This document shows, one piece after another, positions 25,201 to 38,425 of a DNA stretch of 64,000 nt. The stretch lies in assembly GCF_004010195.1 (NCBI RefSeq), contig NW_025215381.1, positions 182,662-246,661 on the forward strand, read 5' to 3'. Position numbers and translations under genes: made by a program. The notes below the pieces were generated by a model. It saw only the letters and a program-made list of their open reading frames with translations, was not told the DNA's origin and did no database searches. The DNA comes from Chiloscyllium plagiosum. Its lineage: Eukaryota. Numbering within the stretch: position 1 is the stretch's first letter; the number at the start of each line of letters is the position of its first letter.

Positions 25201-25980
25201 CCCTCACTAGCTCGTAGCACTGGGAGAAATCCAGATATTACTACTCTTGAGGACCTCATTTTTAAATTTCTGCCTAAATCTCTGTAATCTCCCTTCAGAA
25301 TTGCAACCTTTTCCCTTCCAATATTGCTGGTTCCAATGTGGACAATGACCTCCTCTCCCCCATGAGAATATTCTGCACCCTCTCTGAGGCATCCTTGATC
25401 CTGGCACCAGGGAAACAACACACCATTCTGCTTTTTCTCTGCTGGCCACAGAAACGTCTGTCTGTACCTTGGACTACAGAATCCCCTAACATAATTGATT
25501 TCTTGGAAGCTGACGTACCCCTTGTTGCATTAGAGCCAATCTCAATACTAGAAACTTGGCTGTTCGTGCTACGTTCCCCTGAGAATCCATCACACCCTAC
25601 ATTTTCCAAAACAGCATACCTGTTTGAAATAGGTATATCCACAAAAGACTCCTGCACTAGCTGCCTACCTCTCTTACCCTTCCTGGAGTTAACCCATCTA
25701 TGTGACTGTATCTGAGATTTCCCCCCTTTCTATAACTGCCACCCATCACATACTGTTGCTGTTGCAAATTCCTCATCGCTTCTATCTGTCTCTCCAAACG
25801 ATCCACTCGATCTGATAAGATTTGCATCCAACAGCATTTATGGCAGATATAATCCACAGTAACCCTTAAACTCTCTTTAAACTTCCACATCTGGCAAGAA
25901 GTTCATATCACTGCAAAGGCCATTTTTTTCTCCTTCACAGTCTACAGACCCAGAAAATAACTCCATCTTATTCCTCTGCA
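22262..25980 (-). mobile_element. Near-full-length degenerate CR1 LINE (ORF1 zinc-finger/leucine-zipper + SGNH esterase; ORF2 APE endonuclease + RT) in the gene A intron
   Basis: DYICHKC..RVDRLERQ; GDSVV..CCFPGARIKD..VHIGT..DGLHLN; VGDFNF..SDHN; YVDFSKAFDK; TRGHRF 3' region. Contains the gap 22782-23119. Confidence 0.92.
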
Positions 25981-26079
25981 AACAACACTTTCTAGACAAG
26001 CCGGGGCTGGTGCTCAGCCAAACCCCATCAATGCGGCCTCAGGGCAAACCCATTCTGCACAGTTTAGAGATACACACAA

Positions 26080-26300
26080 AGTCATAGAGATGTACAGCAC
26101 GGAAACAGGCCCCTCGGTCCAACCCGTCCAAGCCGACCTGATATCCCAACCCAATCCAGTCCCACCTGCCAGCACCCGGCCCATATCCCTCCAAATCCTT
26201 CCTTTTCAAATACCCATCCAAATGCTTCTTAAATGTTCCAATTGTACCAGCCCTCCACCACATCCTCTGTCTGCTCATTCCATACACGTACCACCCTCTG
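26080..26300 (-). mobile_element. CR1 3' end fragment
   Basis: Near-identical to the 3' end at 22280-22470. Confidence 0.85.
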
Positions 26301-26467
26301 CTGCACATTACTGAGGAACCTTGTAATTGACAAACTGTTCATTTTAAACTCAGTAAGTGAGGATACAATCACTCACTTCAGTATTTGCCTTGCTAAATGG
26401 AAATAAAACAATTACCAGTCATAGGTCAAAATATTCAGTGCAGAATTTTATACAGTACAAGACTTAC

Positions 26468-26534
26468 CAGGAACACTAACAACGGTGAGAATGACGTAGC
26501 ATACTTTAGTGACCATTTCCCTTGGAAAATGCAT
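26468..26534 (-). CDS. GPR139-like GPCR gene A, coding exon 1 (MHFPREMVTKVCYVILTVVSVP + G)
   Basis: 67-nt exon ending CCTG|GTAAGT. Same length, phase and sequence pattern as gene B exon 1, and it joins exon 2 in frame (G+TT=Val). Confidence 0.8.
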
Positions 26535-28949
26535 TTTGTTGTTTGTGAAACAACCTCTCCCTTCCTGCTGCTGGCAATCTGTCAGAATTGGAGAATTCTC
26601 TTGGAATTGTAGCTGACACAGTTCCAGCAACTTTATTTTGAATCGTGTGGTATCTCCACTGGGAAACCATGATTACATATTCAGTCATTTTTTAAACATT
26701 TTGATAAAATAGATTACGACAACAGGCTTATTTTAATTATGTGGCATCATTCAGATTTATGTCTGTATTTGAATACCCCAAAGACTGGATTAATCTGATC
26801 CAATTAGATCTTAAATGCAACTTGCAACTTGTCTTCAAGCAACAAGATTTGTATTATTTCACACTCTATCGGTCCCATCAATATCTCAATATCTTCTGAT
26901 ATTCTGTTCAGCGAAGCCCTTCATTTTGCTGAGGTTATTCAGACATTCAGTACCTCATGCTGTTGAGCTCCTTGAGAGCTGTTCTACTGCACACTGCTAT
27001 CCCACTGCTGTTCTTGTTCATTCAGTTTTCCAACTCATTTGGGAAATTCTATCTGTGAACGAGCACTCTAATACAGAAACTGAAGGTGATACTGACACAA
27101 CAACAGCTAACACTTAACTTAAGTAATATACTTCTCAAAACAATATGAAAAAAATAAACTAAATCAGAACATTAACTTCAGAATTTTACAAGACAGAATC
27201 ACATCAAACTGAGGATGCCTTTTGGCCCATTGTGTTTGTCCCACCAAAACTACACTAAATCTACCTCAGTCCCAATTTCCAGCACTTGGTCCATAGCTTT
27301 GAATGTTAAACATTTCAAGTGCTTATCCAAGTACTTTTTAAAGGTTATGAGGTTTCCCATCTCAACTCCCCTCCCAGGCAGTACATTTCAGATCCCAACC
27401 ATCCTCTAGGCAAATGATCTTTCCTGCAAACCTTCTGGCTTTCAAATTAAATTTATGCCATCTTGTTATTGGCACTTCAACTTGCTGTTTTCTATTCTCC
27501 TTGTCCATGCCCCTCTGAGTATTATCTGTCTTGATCTCGAAAGAAACTAGCCCAAGCTTATCCCTCTTCACTGCAGATTACTACAGCCCCAGCAACATTT
27601 TGGTGAATCTCCTCTGCACTTCCTCCAGTGCAATCAGATGCAGTGACCAGTACTCCTATTGTGACCGAACCTGTACTGCTTGTACATCTTGTCCTGCTCC
27701 AACAGGACTTCCCTACTGTTGGCTGGGGAACAGCCCAGAGCATTGGTGGTTTTGCAGAAGAACCAGGAATTAAACCACAGCTCGTAAAACTAATCCGATC
27801 CATATGAATGGTCAGGAGATGTAAGTTCTGCAGATCTGTTATCCAATCTCAATTATACTTAATTTGCAAAAACTTGAACTTTATCTGCCTCTTGTTTATT
27901 ACATGGATTTGATTGTTTTAAAATTATCCCCAATAAACATGAAGTTCAGTGATTACAATCTTATACTGGTCACAAGAAAAATGTAGAATACTGCTTGCCC
28001 TCGAATGTGGAAATCATCTTTCTTATTTTTCATAAGAATATGAAGCAATCAGAGCAAGAACGAAGGGCTTTTGCCTGAAACATCGATTATCCTGCTCCTC
28101 GGATGCTGCCTGACCTGCTGAGCTTTTCCAGTGACACACTCTCGACACTTGGCCTGTCAAGCCTGCTTTGCCATGCTGTATGATCACGGCCGACCTGTCC
28201 CAGGCCTCAACTCTCTTTTACATGCCACCTCCCCATAGCACTCAACTACTGAATATTTCAAAATCCGTACCCTCTCTTTCAATATTTTGTGATCTGCCCT
28301 CCATAATTCTCTGGCATATAAAATTCAAGACATTCACTACTCTTTGAAGAAGAAATTCCATTGCATCTCAGCTTTTTAATTGACTGCACCTTATGTTGTA
28401 ACTATGTTCATTAAATAGAGGTTCCCCTACTATTGGAAATAGTTTCTCAACATTGGTTTAACACCCTCAAAAGCTTGTATGTTTCAATAAGGTCACACCC
28501 TCATTCTTTTGATTGTAATTTATTCTAACAAATGAAAATCTAACCTATTTATCTATTTTTAATCTGTCAACCCCTCATCTCCAAGTCATTAATGTAGATG
28601 GTAAATGATTGAGACCTAATTCTCATGGCACTCCACTTTCCAACTTGAAAAAGACCCTTTAATTCCAACTCTCTGTTAACCAAATGTCAATCCATGCTAA
28701 TACATTGTCCTCCGTAATGTAGCTTCTGCTTTGTATAATAAAATTTTCTGTGACATCTTATCAAATGCCTTCTGGAAATTCAAATACACTACATCGAATT
28801 ATTCATTCCCTTTTATCAACTGCTTTTTAAATCCTTGAAGAACTCTAGCAAATTTGTCAAACATGATTGCCTTTCAGGCAATCATGTTGATTATAATTTT
28901 CCTGCCATTTCTTCCTTAATAATGGATGAAAAAATATTTTCAATAAGGA

Positions 28950-29635
28950 GGTATAGTTAACAAGTTTACAGATGACACCAAAATTGGAGGTATAGTGGAC
29001 AGTGAAGGGTACAATGGGATCTTGATCAGATGGGCCAATGGGCTGAGGAGTGGCAAATAGAGTTTCATTTGGATAAATGTGAGGTCCTGTATTTTAGATT
29101 AGATTAGATTCCTTACAGTGCGGAAACAGGCCCTTTGGCCCAACCAGTCCACACCGACCCTCCAGAGAGTAACCCACCCAGACCCATTTCCCTCTGACTA
29201 ATGCACCTAACACCATGGGCTATTTAGAATGGCCAATTCACCTGACCTGCACATCTTTGGACTGTGGGATGAAACCCACACAGACACAGGGAGAACATGT
29301 AAACAGACAATCACTCAAGACTGGAATCGAACCTGTGAGGCAGCAGTGATATCCACTGAGCCACCGTGCCACCCCTTTTGGGGAAGTAAATCTGGGCTAC
29401 AAATAATGGGAAGGTCCTAGGAAGTGCTGCTGAACAAAGAGACCTTGGATTGTAAGTTCATAATTCTTTGAAAGTAGAGTTGCAGGTAGATAGGATAGTA
29501 AAGAAGACGTTTGGTATGCTTTCTTATATTGGTCAGAGCATTGAGTATAAGAGTTGAGAGGTCATGTTGCAGCTGTACAGGACATATGGAATGAGCTTTC
29601 AGAGGAAGTGGTGAAGGCTGGTACAATTACAACAT
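28950..29635 (+). mobile_element. CR1 RT fragment with a nested antisense HE1-like SINE (29096-29370)
   Basis: KFTDDTKIGG-type coding sequence and a SINE reverse complement with a (TTAGA)n tail. Confidence 0.8.
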
Positions 29636-29829
29636 CTTAGTTGTCTGATACTTTTGGGATGTTTGCAGTCATCTCCACCATAAAGACTGATGCAAAATGA
29701 TGCTTTAAATTATCTGTCTTTTGCTTGTTCCTCGTTATCAATTCCCTAGTCACTTTAGCTATTCACTTTTTATAAACCCTTCCTGCTTGTTCTTCTATTT
29801 CTTACCAATTTACTTCCATAATCAATTGG

Positions 29830-30340
29830 AAAATTGTGTGCAATTCAAGTCTCCTTCCTATTGAAAGGACGTTATGAAACTTGAAAGGGTTCAGCACAGA
29901 TTTACAAAGATGTTGCAAGGGTTGGAGGATCTGAGCTATAGGGAGAGGCTGAATGGGCTGGGGCTGTTTTCCCTGGAGTGTTGCAGGCTGAGGGGTGAAC
30001 TTTTTGAGTTTTATATAACCATGCGGGGCATGGATAGGATAAATAGACGAGGTCTTTCCCCTGGGGTGGGGGAGTCCAGAACTAGAGGACATAGGTTTAG
30101 GGTGAGAGGGGAAAGATATAAAAGAGACCTAAAGGGCAATGTTTACACCCAGAAGGTGTTGTCTGTACAATTACAGCATTTAAATGGCATCTGGATGGGT
30201 ATATGAATAGGAAGGGTTTAGAGAGATGTGGGCCAAGTGCTGGCAAATCGGACGAGATTAGTTTAGGTTATCTGATCAGCATGAACGAGTTGGACTGAAG
30301 GGTCTGTGTCCGTGCTGTACATCTCTATGGCTCTATAACT
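29830..30340 (+). mobile_element. CR1 3' fragment
   Basis: LERVQHRFTKML..TRGHRFRV plus the CR1 3' tail. Confidence 0.85.
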
Positions 30341-31459
30341 GTTGGAAGCTCATGTCCAGTATGCCTTCCTTTCGCCTTCAGGGATCTCTGGACAATCACC
30401 TCAAGGTCTTCCTGTTCCTCTGAGCTTGCTAGTGTCCTATCATTCATCTCTTGTCTTGTGACTTCTGCCAAAGTGCATCACCTCACGCTTTTCAGTGTTA
30501 AATTTCATCAGCCACTGCTCTGCCCATCTGACCAGACTTCATTTCTATCTGTAATCCATGACTTTATTCCTCGCTGCCAACCACCTGGTCAAAATTCCTG
30601 TCTTCCACAAACTTACTCATCATTCCCAACTAAACTCCTGCAACCTCACTACTCCCTTTCACCCTCACACTCACACATAGCTACATCATTTATAAACAAT
30701 AGCACACTGATCCCTGTGGTATGCCAAAAGACACCAGTCTCCAAATACACAACTAGGCTTCTGTCAACATCCTCTGCCTCCTCTGACTGAGCCATATTGC
30801 TGAGTTAGTCTGGATGCCATGTGCTTTAACCTTTGTTATCAATTTCCCCTGTGGGACTTTATCAATAGCTTTGCTGAAATCCAAAAAAATTACATCAATT
30901 TCCCTACCCTCAGCTATCAACATAGTTAGTTCCTTGAAATCTCCATCAGATTTGTTCAGCATGACCTCCTTCTGACAAAGTCATGCTGACTATCCCTGAT
31001 CAAACTTAATCTCTGAAAGGCAGAATAAATCTCTCCTTCAGAATGTTCTCCAACAGTTTCCTTCATGCTGATGTGATACTCACTGGTCTATCTCTACCAC
31101 CCTTTTAGTGTCATCTGAAAATTTATTCATCATATCCACTATATTTAAGTCCAAATCATTAGTCCAAGTCACAAACAACAATAGTTCCAGCCCTGAGATC
31201 TACAGAACTCAGTGAAAATGGACATCCATTCATAGAAACATCATTTTACAGTTAGTGTCTGCTTCCTCCCTCTCAGCAATTTCCAAATCCAACTTGCCAC
31301 TTTACTTTCAAACTCATGGTCTCTTACTTTCATGACCTGTCGACACTTAGGGGCCTTTTGAAAAAGAGACCATGTCAAAAGTATTGCTACTGCCCAAGCA
31401 GATAAATGAAAAGCATTGTTCTTAAAAGCACTGTTTTCCTCCACCTCCAACTACTTGAT

Positions 31460-32180
31460 TAATCGAGCAGAGGCTGATAGCCAAGTTCCATACCTATGAG
31501 AATGGCCTCAACTGGGACCTTGGGTTCATGTTACACTATAGGTGACCCCACAACACGATACACTCTCACAAATATAAATTCATGCACACCCTTACATACT
31601 CACATACTCGCACAGACCCTCTCTTATACACACACTCTCTCTCAGACACATGCACACATACACCCCCTGAGAAACACACACACACATATACACACACAGA
31701 CACAAACACAAACGCGCACACACACACACAGTTGAATTTGCATTTCCAGCATTGTAATTGCAGGTACATTCTATTTTGTTTGAAAAATATACAATCTACA
31801 GGCAGTCAATCCATGTAACATTTTATAAATTCCTACTTTCAAAATCGAACCAGTCTGACTCAAGACTGGGATATAGGCAGACTCTAACCTCACACCTTTA
31901 TTACACCGCCTGAGTTAAAATGTCATTATTTTTGAGATGTCATTATAAAATCTTGTTATCTCGAGAATGTGAAATGAAAGATGTTCTCGATTTACATATT
32001 AATGAACTGAAACCTGCAAGAGATGAAAGACAACATAATCTAAGTTTGTTCAATACATTGTATTAGTTGCATGCATGACACTGTGATCTTTTGTTATAAA
32101 TTCTGTTTCTTATTATCCTGCTCTACAGCCACCCGATGAAGGAGCAGCACTCTGCACACTAGTATTCACAAATAAATCTA
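31460..32180 (+). mobile_element. 3' part of a second PLE family (GIY-YIG C-terminus, CA-rich UTR, decayed hammerhead)
   Basis: 31466 onward encodes EQRLIAKFHTYENGLNWDLGFM. It ends in CCCGATGAAGGAGCAGCACTCTG..CTAGT, a decayed version of the 52021-52052 motif. Confidence 0.6.
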
Positions 32181-33075
32181 TAGAACAAAGAACATTGTAC
32201 AGTACAGCACAGTCCAGGCTCTTCAGCCCATGATGCTGTGCCAAATATTTATCCTAATCCCTCTACACACCCCTCAATTTACTGCTGTCCATGTACTTGC
32301 CCAGCAGTCACTTAAATGACACTAATGTATCTGACTCTATTCCCACCGCTGGCAGTGCAATCCATGCACCTACCACTCTATGTAAAGAACCTACCTCTGG
32401 CATCTCCAACAAACCTTCCTCCAATCACCTTAGAATTATGACCCCTCATGCCAGCCATTTCTGCCCTGGGGAAAAAAAAATCTCTGGCTATCTACGCCTC
32501 TATGCCTCTTTTATGCCTCTATCAAGTCACCTCTCTTCCTTTTTTTAAGATTAGATTACTTACAGTGTTGGAACAGGCCCTTCGGCCCAACAAGTCCACA
32601 CTGAACCCACCCAGACCCATTCCCCTACACCTAACACTACAGGCAATTTAGCATGGCCAATTCACCTAACCTGCACATTTTTGGACTGTGAGAAGAAACC
32701 AGAGCACACCCACGCAGACACGGGGAGAATGTGCAAACTCCACACAGAGAGTCACCTGAGGCAGGAATTGAAACTGGGTCTCTGGCGCTGTGAGGCAGCA
32801 GTGCCAATCATTGTACCACCGTGCCGCCCTTCTTTTCTCCAGTATGAAAAGCCCTGGCTCAATCCATCTCTCCTCATAAGACAGGTCCTCTATCCAGGCA
32901 GCATCCTGGTCAATCTTCTCTGCACCCTCTTGAAAGCATCCGCATCCTTCCTATAATGAGATGACCAAAACTGGACACAATATCTAACCAGGGTTTTGAA
33001 GAGCTGCAGCAAAACCTCGCGGCTCTTAAACTCAATCCCCCTGTTAAGGAAAATCAAAATACCATATGCCTTTGT
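32180..33075 (-). mobile_element. CR1 3' fragment with a nested HE1-like SINE (32548-32830)
   Basis: QFWSSHYRKD..VQRRLTRMLPG and a SINE V-domain reverse complement. Confidence 0.8.
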
Positions 33076-33194
33076 CGTCATTGTTTTTACCTTTGTCAAA
33101 TTAGATTAAAGTTAGCAGGGATCTGTGAGAGCTGACATCACAAACCCAACAAAATCTTATAACAGCTTGATCTAACAACAATTAGACATTATAA

Positions 33195-33865
33195 AACTAT
33201 CCTTGAAAGTTGCCCCCAGGTTGACAGGGTTGTTAAGAAGGCATACAGTATTTTAGCTTTTACTAATAAAGGGATCGAGTTCCGGAACCATGAGGTTATG
33301 CTGCAGCTGTACAAAACTCTGGTGCGGCTGCACTTGGAGTATTGTGTACAGTTCTGGTCACCGCATTATAAGAAGGATGTGGAAGCTTTGGAAAGGGTGC
33401 AGAGGAGATTTACTAGGATGTTGCCTGGTATGGAGGGAAGGTCTTACGAGGAAAGGCTGAGGGACTTGAGGCTGTTTTCGTTAGAAGACGGTTGAGAGGT
33501 GACTTAATAGAGACATATAAGCTAATCAGAGGGTTAGATGTGGTGGACAGGGAGAGCCTTTTTCCAAGTATGGTGACGGCGGGCATGAGGGAGCATAGCT
33601 TTAAACTGAAGGGTGATGGATATAGGACAGAGGTCAGAGGTAGTTTCTTTACTCAGAGAGTAGTAAGGGTATGGAATGCTTTGCCTGCAACGGTAGTAGA
33701 TTCACCAACTTTAAGTACATTTAAGTTGTCATTGGACAAGCATGTGGACGTACATGGAATAGTGTAGGTTAGATGGGCTTCAGATTGGTATGACAGGTCA
33801 GCGCAACATCGAGGGCCAAAGGGCCTGTACTGCGCTGTAATGTTCTATGTTCTATATGTTCTATG
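33195..33865 (+). mobile_element. CR1 3' fragment with (TTCTATG)n tail
   Basis: LYKTLVRLHLEYCVQFWSP..FFTQRVV. Confidence 0.9.
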
Positions 33866-34304
33866 TAAGAGGAAGATATCAATTGTTCGCAATTTTTTTC
33901 CAAGTATTGTGCTTTACAGAAAGACAAGATTTTTATACTTAAGTTCTATCAGCTATTTATAGATTTTATCATTAGATGTTCATTATTAGTAAGGCCAATG
34001 CATTGAATTTTGATATGTGTTACCCTATTGGCTTTCCAAAACATCGAGTTACACATGTCATTCTATAACCTTGTTTTTGCATAGAAATGTTTTGTTTCGA
34101 CTAACAGTGGTATTTCAAAACATGTGAGGAACCATTTAATCAAATTCTGACAAGGCTTGCCAAGGTTCGTAAATTCAGCCTCTGTCATGTTTGCTAAGTT
34201 CAGCACTGTTTCTGACCTTTAGCCATAGTCTTTTAACTTATTGTGTTATAACCAGGAGTTGGCCAATTTTCCCATCAGGCAATCTTAACTGTTTCCCACA
34301 ATTC

Positions 34305-34960
34305 TATACTTTCTTAACACCCCTATCAACTTGGCTGGCAACTTTGAAGGATCTATGTACGTGGACCCCAAGATCCCGCTGTTTCTCCACACTGCCAAGA
34401 ATCCTGTATGTAACTCTGTATTCGGCATTCAAATTCGAACCTCCAAAATATTCATATTTTCGCACATATCCAGGTTGAACTCCTGTCAATGCCTTGTTGT
34501 AGCCGGTAACAGTCCTCCACACTATCTATAACACCACCAACCTTTCTGTCATTGGTAAACTTACTAACCCATCCTTCCACTTCCTCATCCAAGTCATTTT
34601 TAAAAATTATAAAGAGCAGAGGCCCAAGAACAGATCCCTGTGGGATGCCACTGGTAACCGACCTCCAGGTGGAATACTTTCCATCCACTACCACTCGCTG
34701 TCTTCTTTCAGCCAGCGAATTCTGTATCCAGTTGGAGTATAACTTGGTGTTGTGTGATTTTTAACTTTGTCCACCCCAGTCCAACGCCGGCACCTCCCCA
34801 TCAATCTTTCTTCATTACAGTAATTTCTCAAAAATGGAATTGTTCCCCAAAACCTCTTCTGCATTTGCCTGAAGGTGTGCACAATTTTTCTAAGATATGA
34901 TACCCAGGACTGGGTGCAGTATTCCAGCTGAGGCCAAACCTGTATCTTACACAGGTTGAT
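34305..34960 (-). mobile_element. CR1 RT fragment with a small PLE pLTR piece (~34730-34800)
   Basis: VTSGIPQGSVLGPLLF..NDLDE. Confidence 0.8.
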
Positions 34961-35224
34961 AAATAACGTCCTTGCTCCTATACATTATACATAAATTAAT
35001 GAAGCCTGAGATTAGATGGCCAATTAAAACAATCAGACAGCTTGCCCTGTTGCTTTACAGCAGCATCAAACATTCAGAGATACCTGTGAAAGCACAGTAG
35101 GTCAGGCAGCATCTGAGGAGCAGGAGAATCAATGTTTCTGGCCAGAGCCCTATATCAGGAATTATGTTCTATGTTCTATGTCTGTTTCCTTGCTGTACGT
35201 CTCTATGACTCTATGACTCTATGT

Positions 35225-38200
35225 CCCAAAATACAGAAACTGGCAAATTGTTTTGAGCTCAAGCCAGCACAAAAGGAAAACAGTCCTGGGGCCTTGTGCA
35301 GGAAGCCTGCCTGGCCTTGAGGTGAAGGATCCCTGGCACAGGAACTGTGGTGAGAAGCCAGAAAGAATGGGGCATGAAAGCTGGAAAGCTCGCCCAGAGA
35401 TTGCTGCAGCTGCCTGCAGCCTGGAGGGCCTCCGATCAGGATAAGGTTGCTGGGATCTGGTCAATCCAGGAAAATCTATAGACTATGATGGAGCAAGAGC
35501 TCTTCCACAAGGAACAGGACAGAACGTTGCAGGAAGACCTCCCTCACATGGGGCAGCTCAAGTTCCAATTAGAAAGAGCCCATTCCAGTCAGAGGAGGGC
35601 CATTGGGGACTGAGAAACAGCCTCAGGATACAGTGACAAGCTGGAAGGAGAGTATAGGGAGCTCCAAGCAGCTGCACGTGCCCTGTCTGCCTGCAACACT
35701 GAGCAAAGTACAACAGGCCCTCATAGGAAGGGCCAGCACCAAATACAATCCCTAGGGAACTAGGTCTGCCCAGAATGGCATCATGTGGGCCTTTGGGGAT
35801 CCTACCTCCCCAGGGAGATAGCGAGAAGCCCCACACTGACACATCCACACCCACCCATAGATGGGGACTCAGTCCCTTTCTCCCAGGTAACTGCACCTTT
35901 TGCCCCCATCCCTGACCCACAGCCCAAATCAGATCCCATGATTCCCGCGGTTACCCAGCGTCAAACAGCTGATGGTCACGTGACGTACAGAACACCCATT
36001 GCAGTCACCCAGCTGGTGGGCAGCACCAGAAAGAGGATTCTTTTTCATTCTCCCTCAGACCCAGATACCTTTTTTGGATGGGAATGTCCGACAGTCTGTC
36101 ATTCCCAGATTGGACACTGAGGAACAAACTGAATTAAACACCTTGTACCTTAGTCCAGCAGGCCATTCAGGCAGGGAGGGGGACCTTTGATGAGACAAAG
36201 CCCATCGGGCGAGATACAGCAGACCCCATTGAGCTGCTACATAACTGCAGTCAACAACAAAGTGAACACCCCATCAACTTTACCCAGAAGCTCTGGGTCC
36301 AATTCGTGCAGGTTTTCATGGACTCACCTCTCTTTGCGATGAGAGGTTTGGTCTGATCACTTGTCTCCCATGCCTTAGAAAGAGGGAGAGACATGTTTCT
36401 GGATTTCAACCCCACAGACACCATTTATAATGAGACTTAGATCCTTTGCAATTTAATCGCTGTTTGGGAAAGTGAGTTAAGGATACAGTGGTCATCCTGA
36501 AAATCAGTCCAGACTTCTTATAGATCCCCCCCTCCACAACCTGGAGATGAAAAAGGAAGGGCATGAATACAGCAAAGAACCCAGGCAGAGACCCCCACCA
36601 GCTAAGTCTCCCTGCCCCCAGAAGAAAGGAACTCCCCTAACTAATCACCAAACACAATTTGTGCTCCAGATGTGACCAAACCTGCACTTTTATTCGGGGC
36701 TCCTGGGCTGCTCAGATTCCCACCTGGCAATGGAATGTCTGGAACAGGGTGCCCACACCCAGAGTACCATCCTTGTGGCAGCAGTTGGAGTGTAAACAGG
36801 CTGCGCTTTATACATTGAGGATGACAGGGGCAACCCTGTAATGGTAATAACTTGAAGGCTCCCCAGCCCCATGAGTCCACAAGTGAAAACTTGGCAGCCA
36901 ATCAGGAACAGCTGCAGCCGTTGGGTACCAGCCGTCCCTCCTGCCCACACCCTGCACGCGGGGCACATTTATTCCATTGTGGGAGGCCAGGGCTGGAGGA
37001 ACAGAAGTTTGCAAAAATTGGATAGCATAGAATTTTATGATGTCAAGTAGAACACTGTTGTACTGTTCTATGTTCTATAGGGTGCATACATGAGGATCAG
37101 TGGTCGGCACAACATTGTGGGCTGAAGGGCCTGTTCTGTGCTGTACTGTTCTATGTTCTAACACAGTGTCAGAAGTTCACACAAGATATTTAAAGAAATT
37201 ACTTTTGTTCTCTTTTCAGGAAACACACTGCAAGGCAGCAATGTGAACTTTCTGGAGAGTGTATTGTGTTTTGTGTATAAACTGTAGCACAGGCCCACAG
37301 GAGAAGGATGTACCCAGGATCCTGGTGGTATGACCCACCAGGCACCGCGGTGTGTGTAGATGGGACTCTCTGGGTCCCCCCTGCGGAATCTAGGATTCAG
37401 GTGTAACCATCAGCTTGTGGTGTACAGAAAACCTCATGGGATTCCCACATTGTGTTACAGGAGCATGGGGATCACAGGCGATTGGTAGGGTTTCTCTGAG
37501 AACGGCTACATGGCAGTGGGATGGCTAGCACATAGCCCAGGCAATAGGTCAGAGTTCAGACAGCGATGTCCCAGGAAGCCCCACCAGGAAGAATTCCTCA
37601 GGAACAAAATTAAAAAGGGGCTGAGGCAAGGAGTGAAGGCATCTCCCCTAGCTTGTCCCACACACACCAGGCCCTCACAATGGACTAGTCATTAAACTCC
37701 CAGAGAAAACCCTGTTCAATAACATTCACCACAAACTAATACCAATCATAACAGATGTGTGAGGGATACAGTTACCGTAATGTAGTTCTTCCCCATTAAA
37801 ATGATAATATTCCCACCTGACCCACAGAATAATGGGACGATGGATAGTGAGAGATGAGGGAAACCCCAACCCACACTTATTAGATAACAGAGAAGGGGAC
37901 TCCTTAATGACCTAGCCACAGCATACAGGGCAGGAGTGTCACCGGTTAATACTGTTGGTTTGGCTAATTTGGAGAATATACTCAGGATCTTGACCCAACA
38001 ACTCTAAAGAGCCTGAGAAGGACTGAATACAGACAGTCAGCAGGAGACCATGGGGCAGCCAGTGGAGAATCAGGCTGGCCACCAGTTAGTGACCATACTG
38101 GAGAGTCACTCCAAGATGATTAACCAGAGCATCCAGGGCCCAATCAGGGATGGCAGTTAGCCCTGTGCAGTCTCTACGGTGACGGGAGGTGGGGGGGGGG

Positions 38201-38425
38201 AAATGATGGCACAGCTGAGGGTGGGCCTCAGGGAGGCTGGCCAAGGGAAATGCCTGTTCCAGATTAGGAACAAACAGTGTGACCATTTGTTCCAGGAGAA
38301 GACCCACATGAACATCTCCCTCACTGTCAGTGACAGCAGCTCACCAAGGTCTGAGTTAATGCCAGCTAAATGGACACTCTCGGTGAGGCTTGGTGCCAGG
38401 GATTCCATTTATCCCAAGGGACAAA
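35225..38425 (+). mobile_element. Highly decayed, internally deleted retrovirus-like element (gag, protease N-terminus, env remnants); possibly lokiretrovirus-like
   Basis: Same-strand ordered remnants: coiled-coil (35635-35763), capsid-like TPIAVTQL..SDPDTFF (~35940-36080), degenerate knuckle CSRCDQ (36662), VAAVGV*..DDRGNPVMVI (36775-36850), and RRGLLNDLATAYRAGVSPVNTVGLANLENIL (37888-38007). Confidence 0.55.

Noticed and set aside
26590..26615. ZNF143-like GCTACAATTCCAAG upstream of gene A
   Set aside because: Several mismatches to the consensus and no clear counterpart at gene B. Could be chance.
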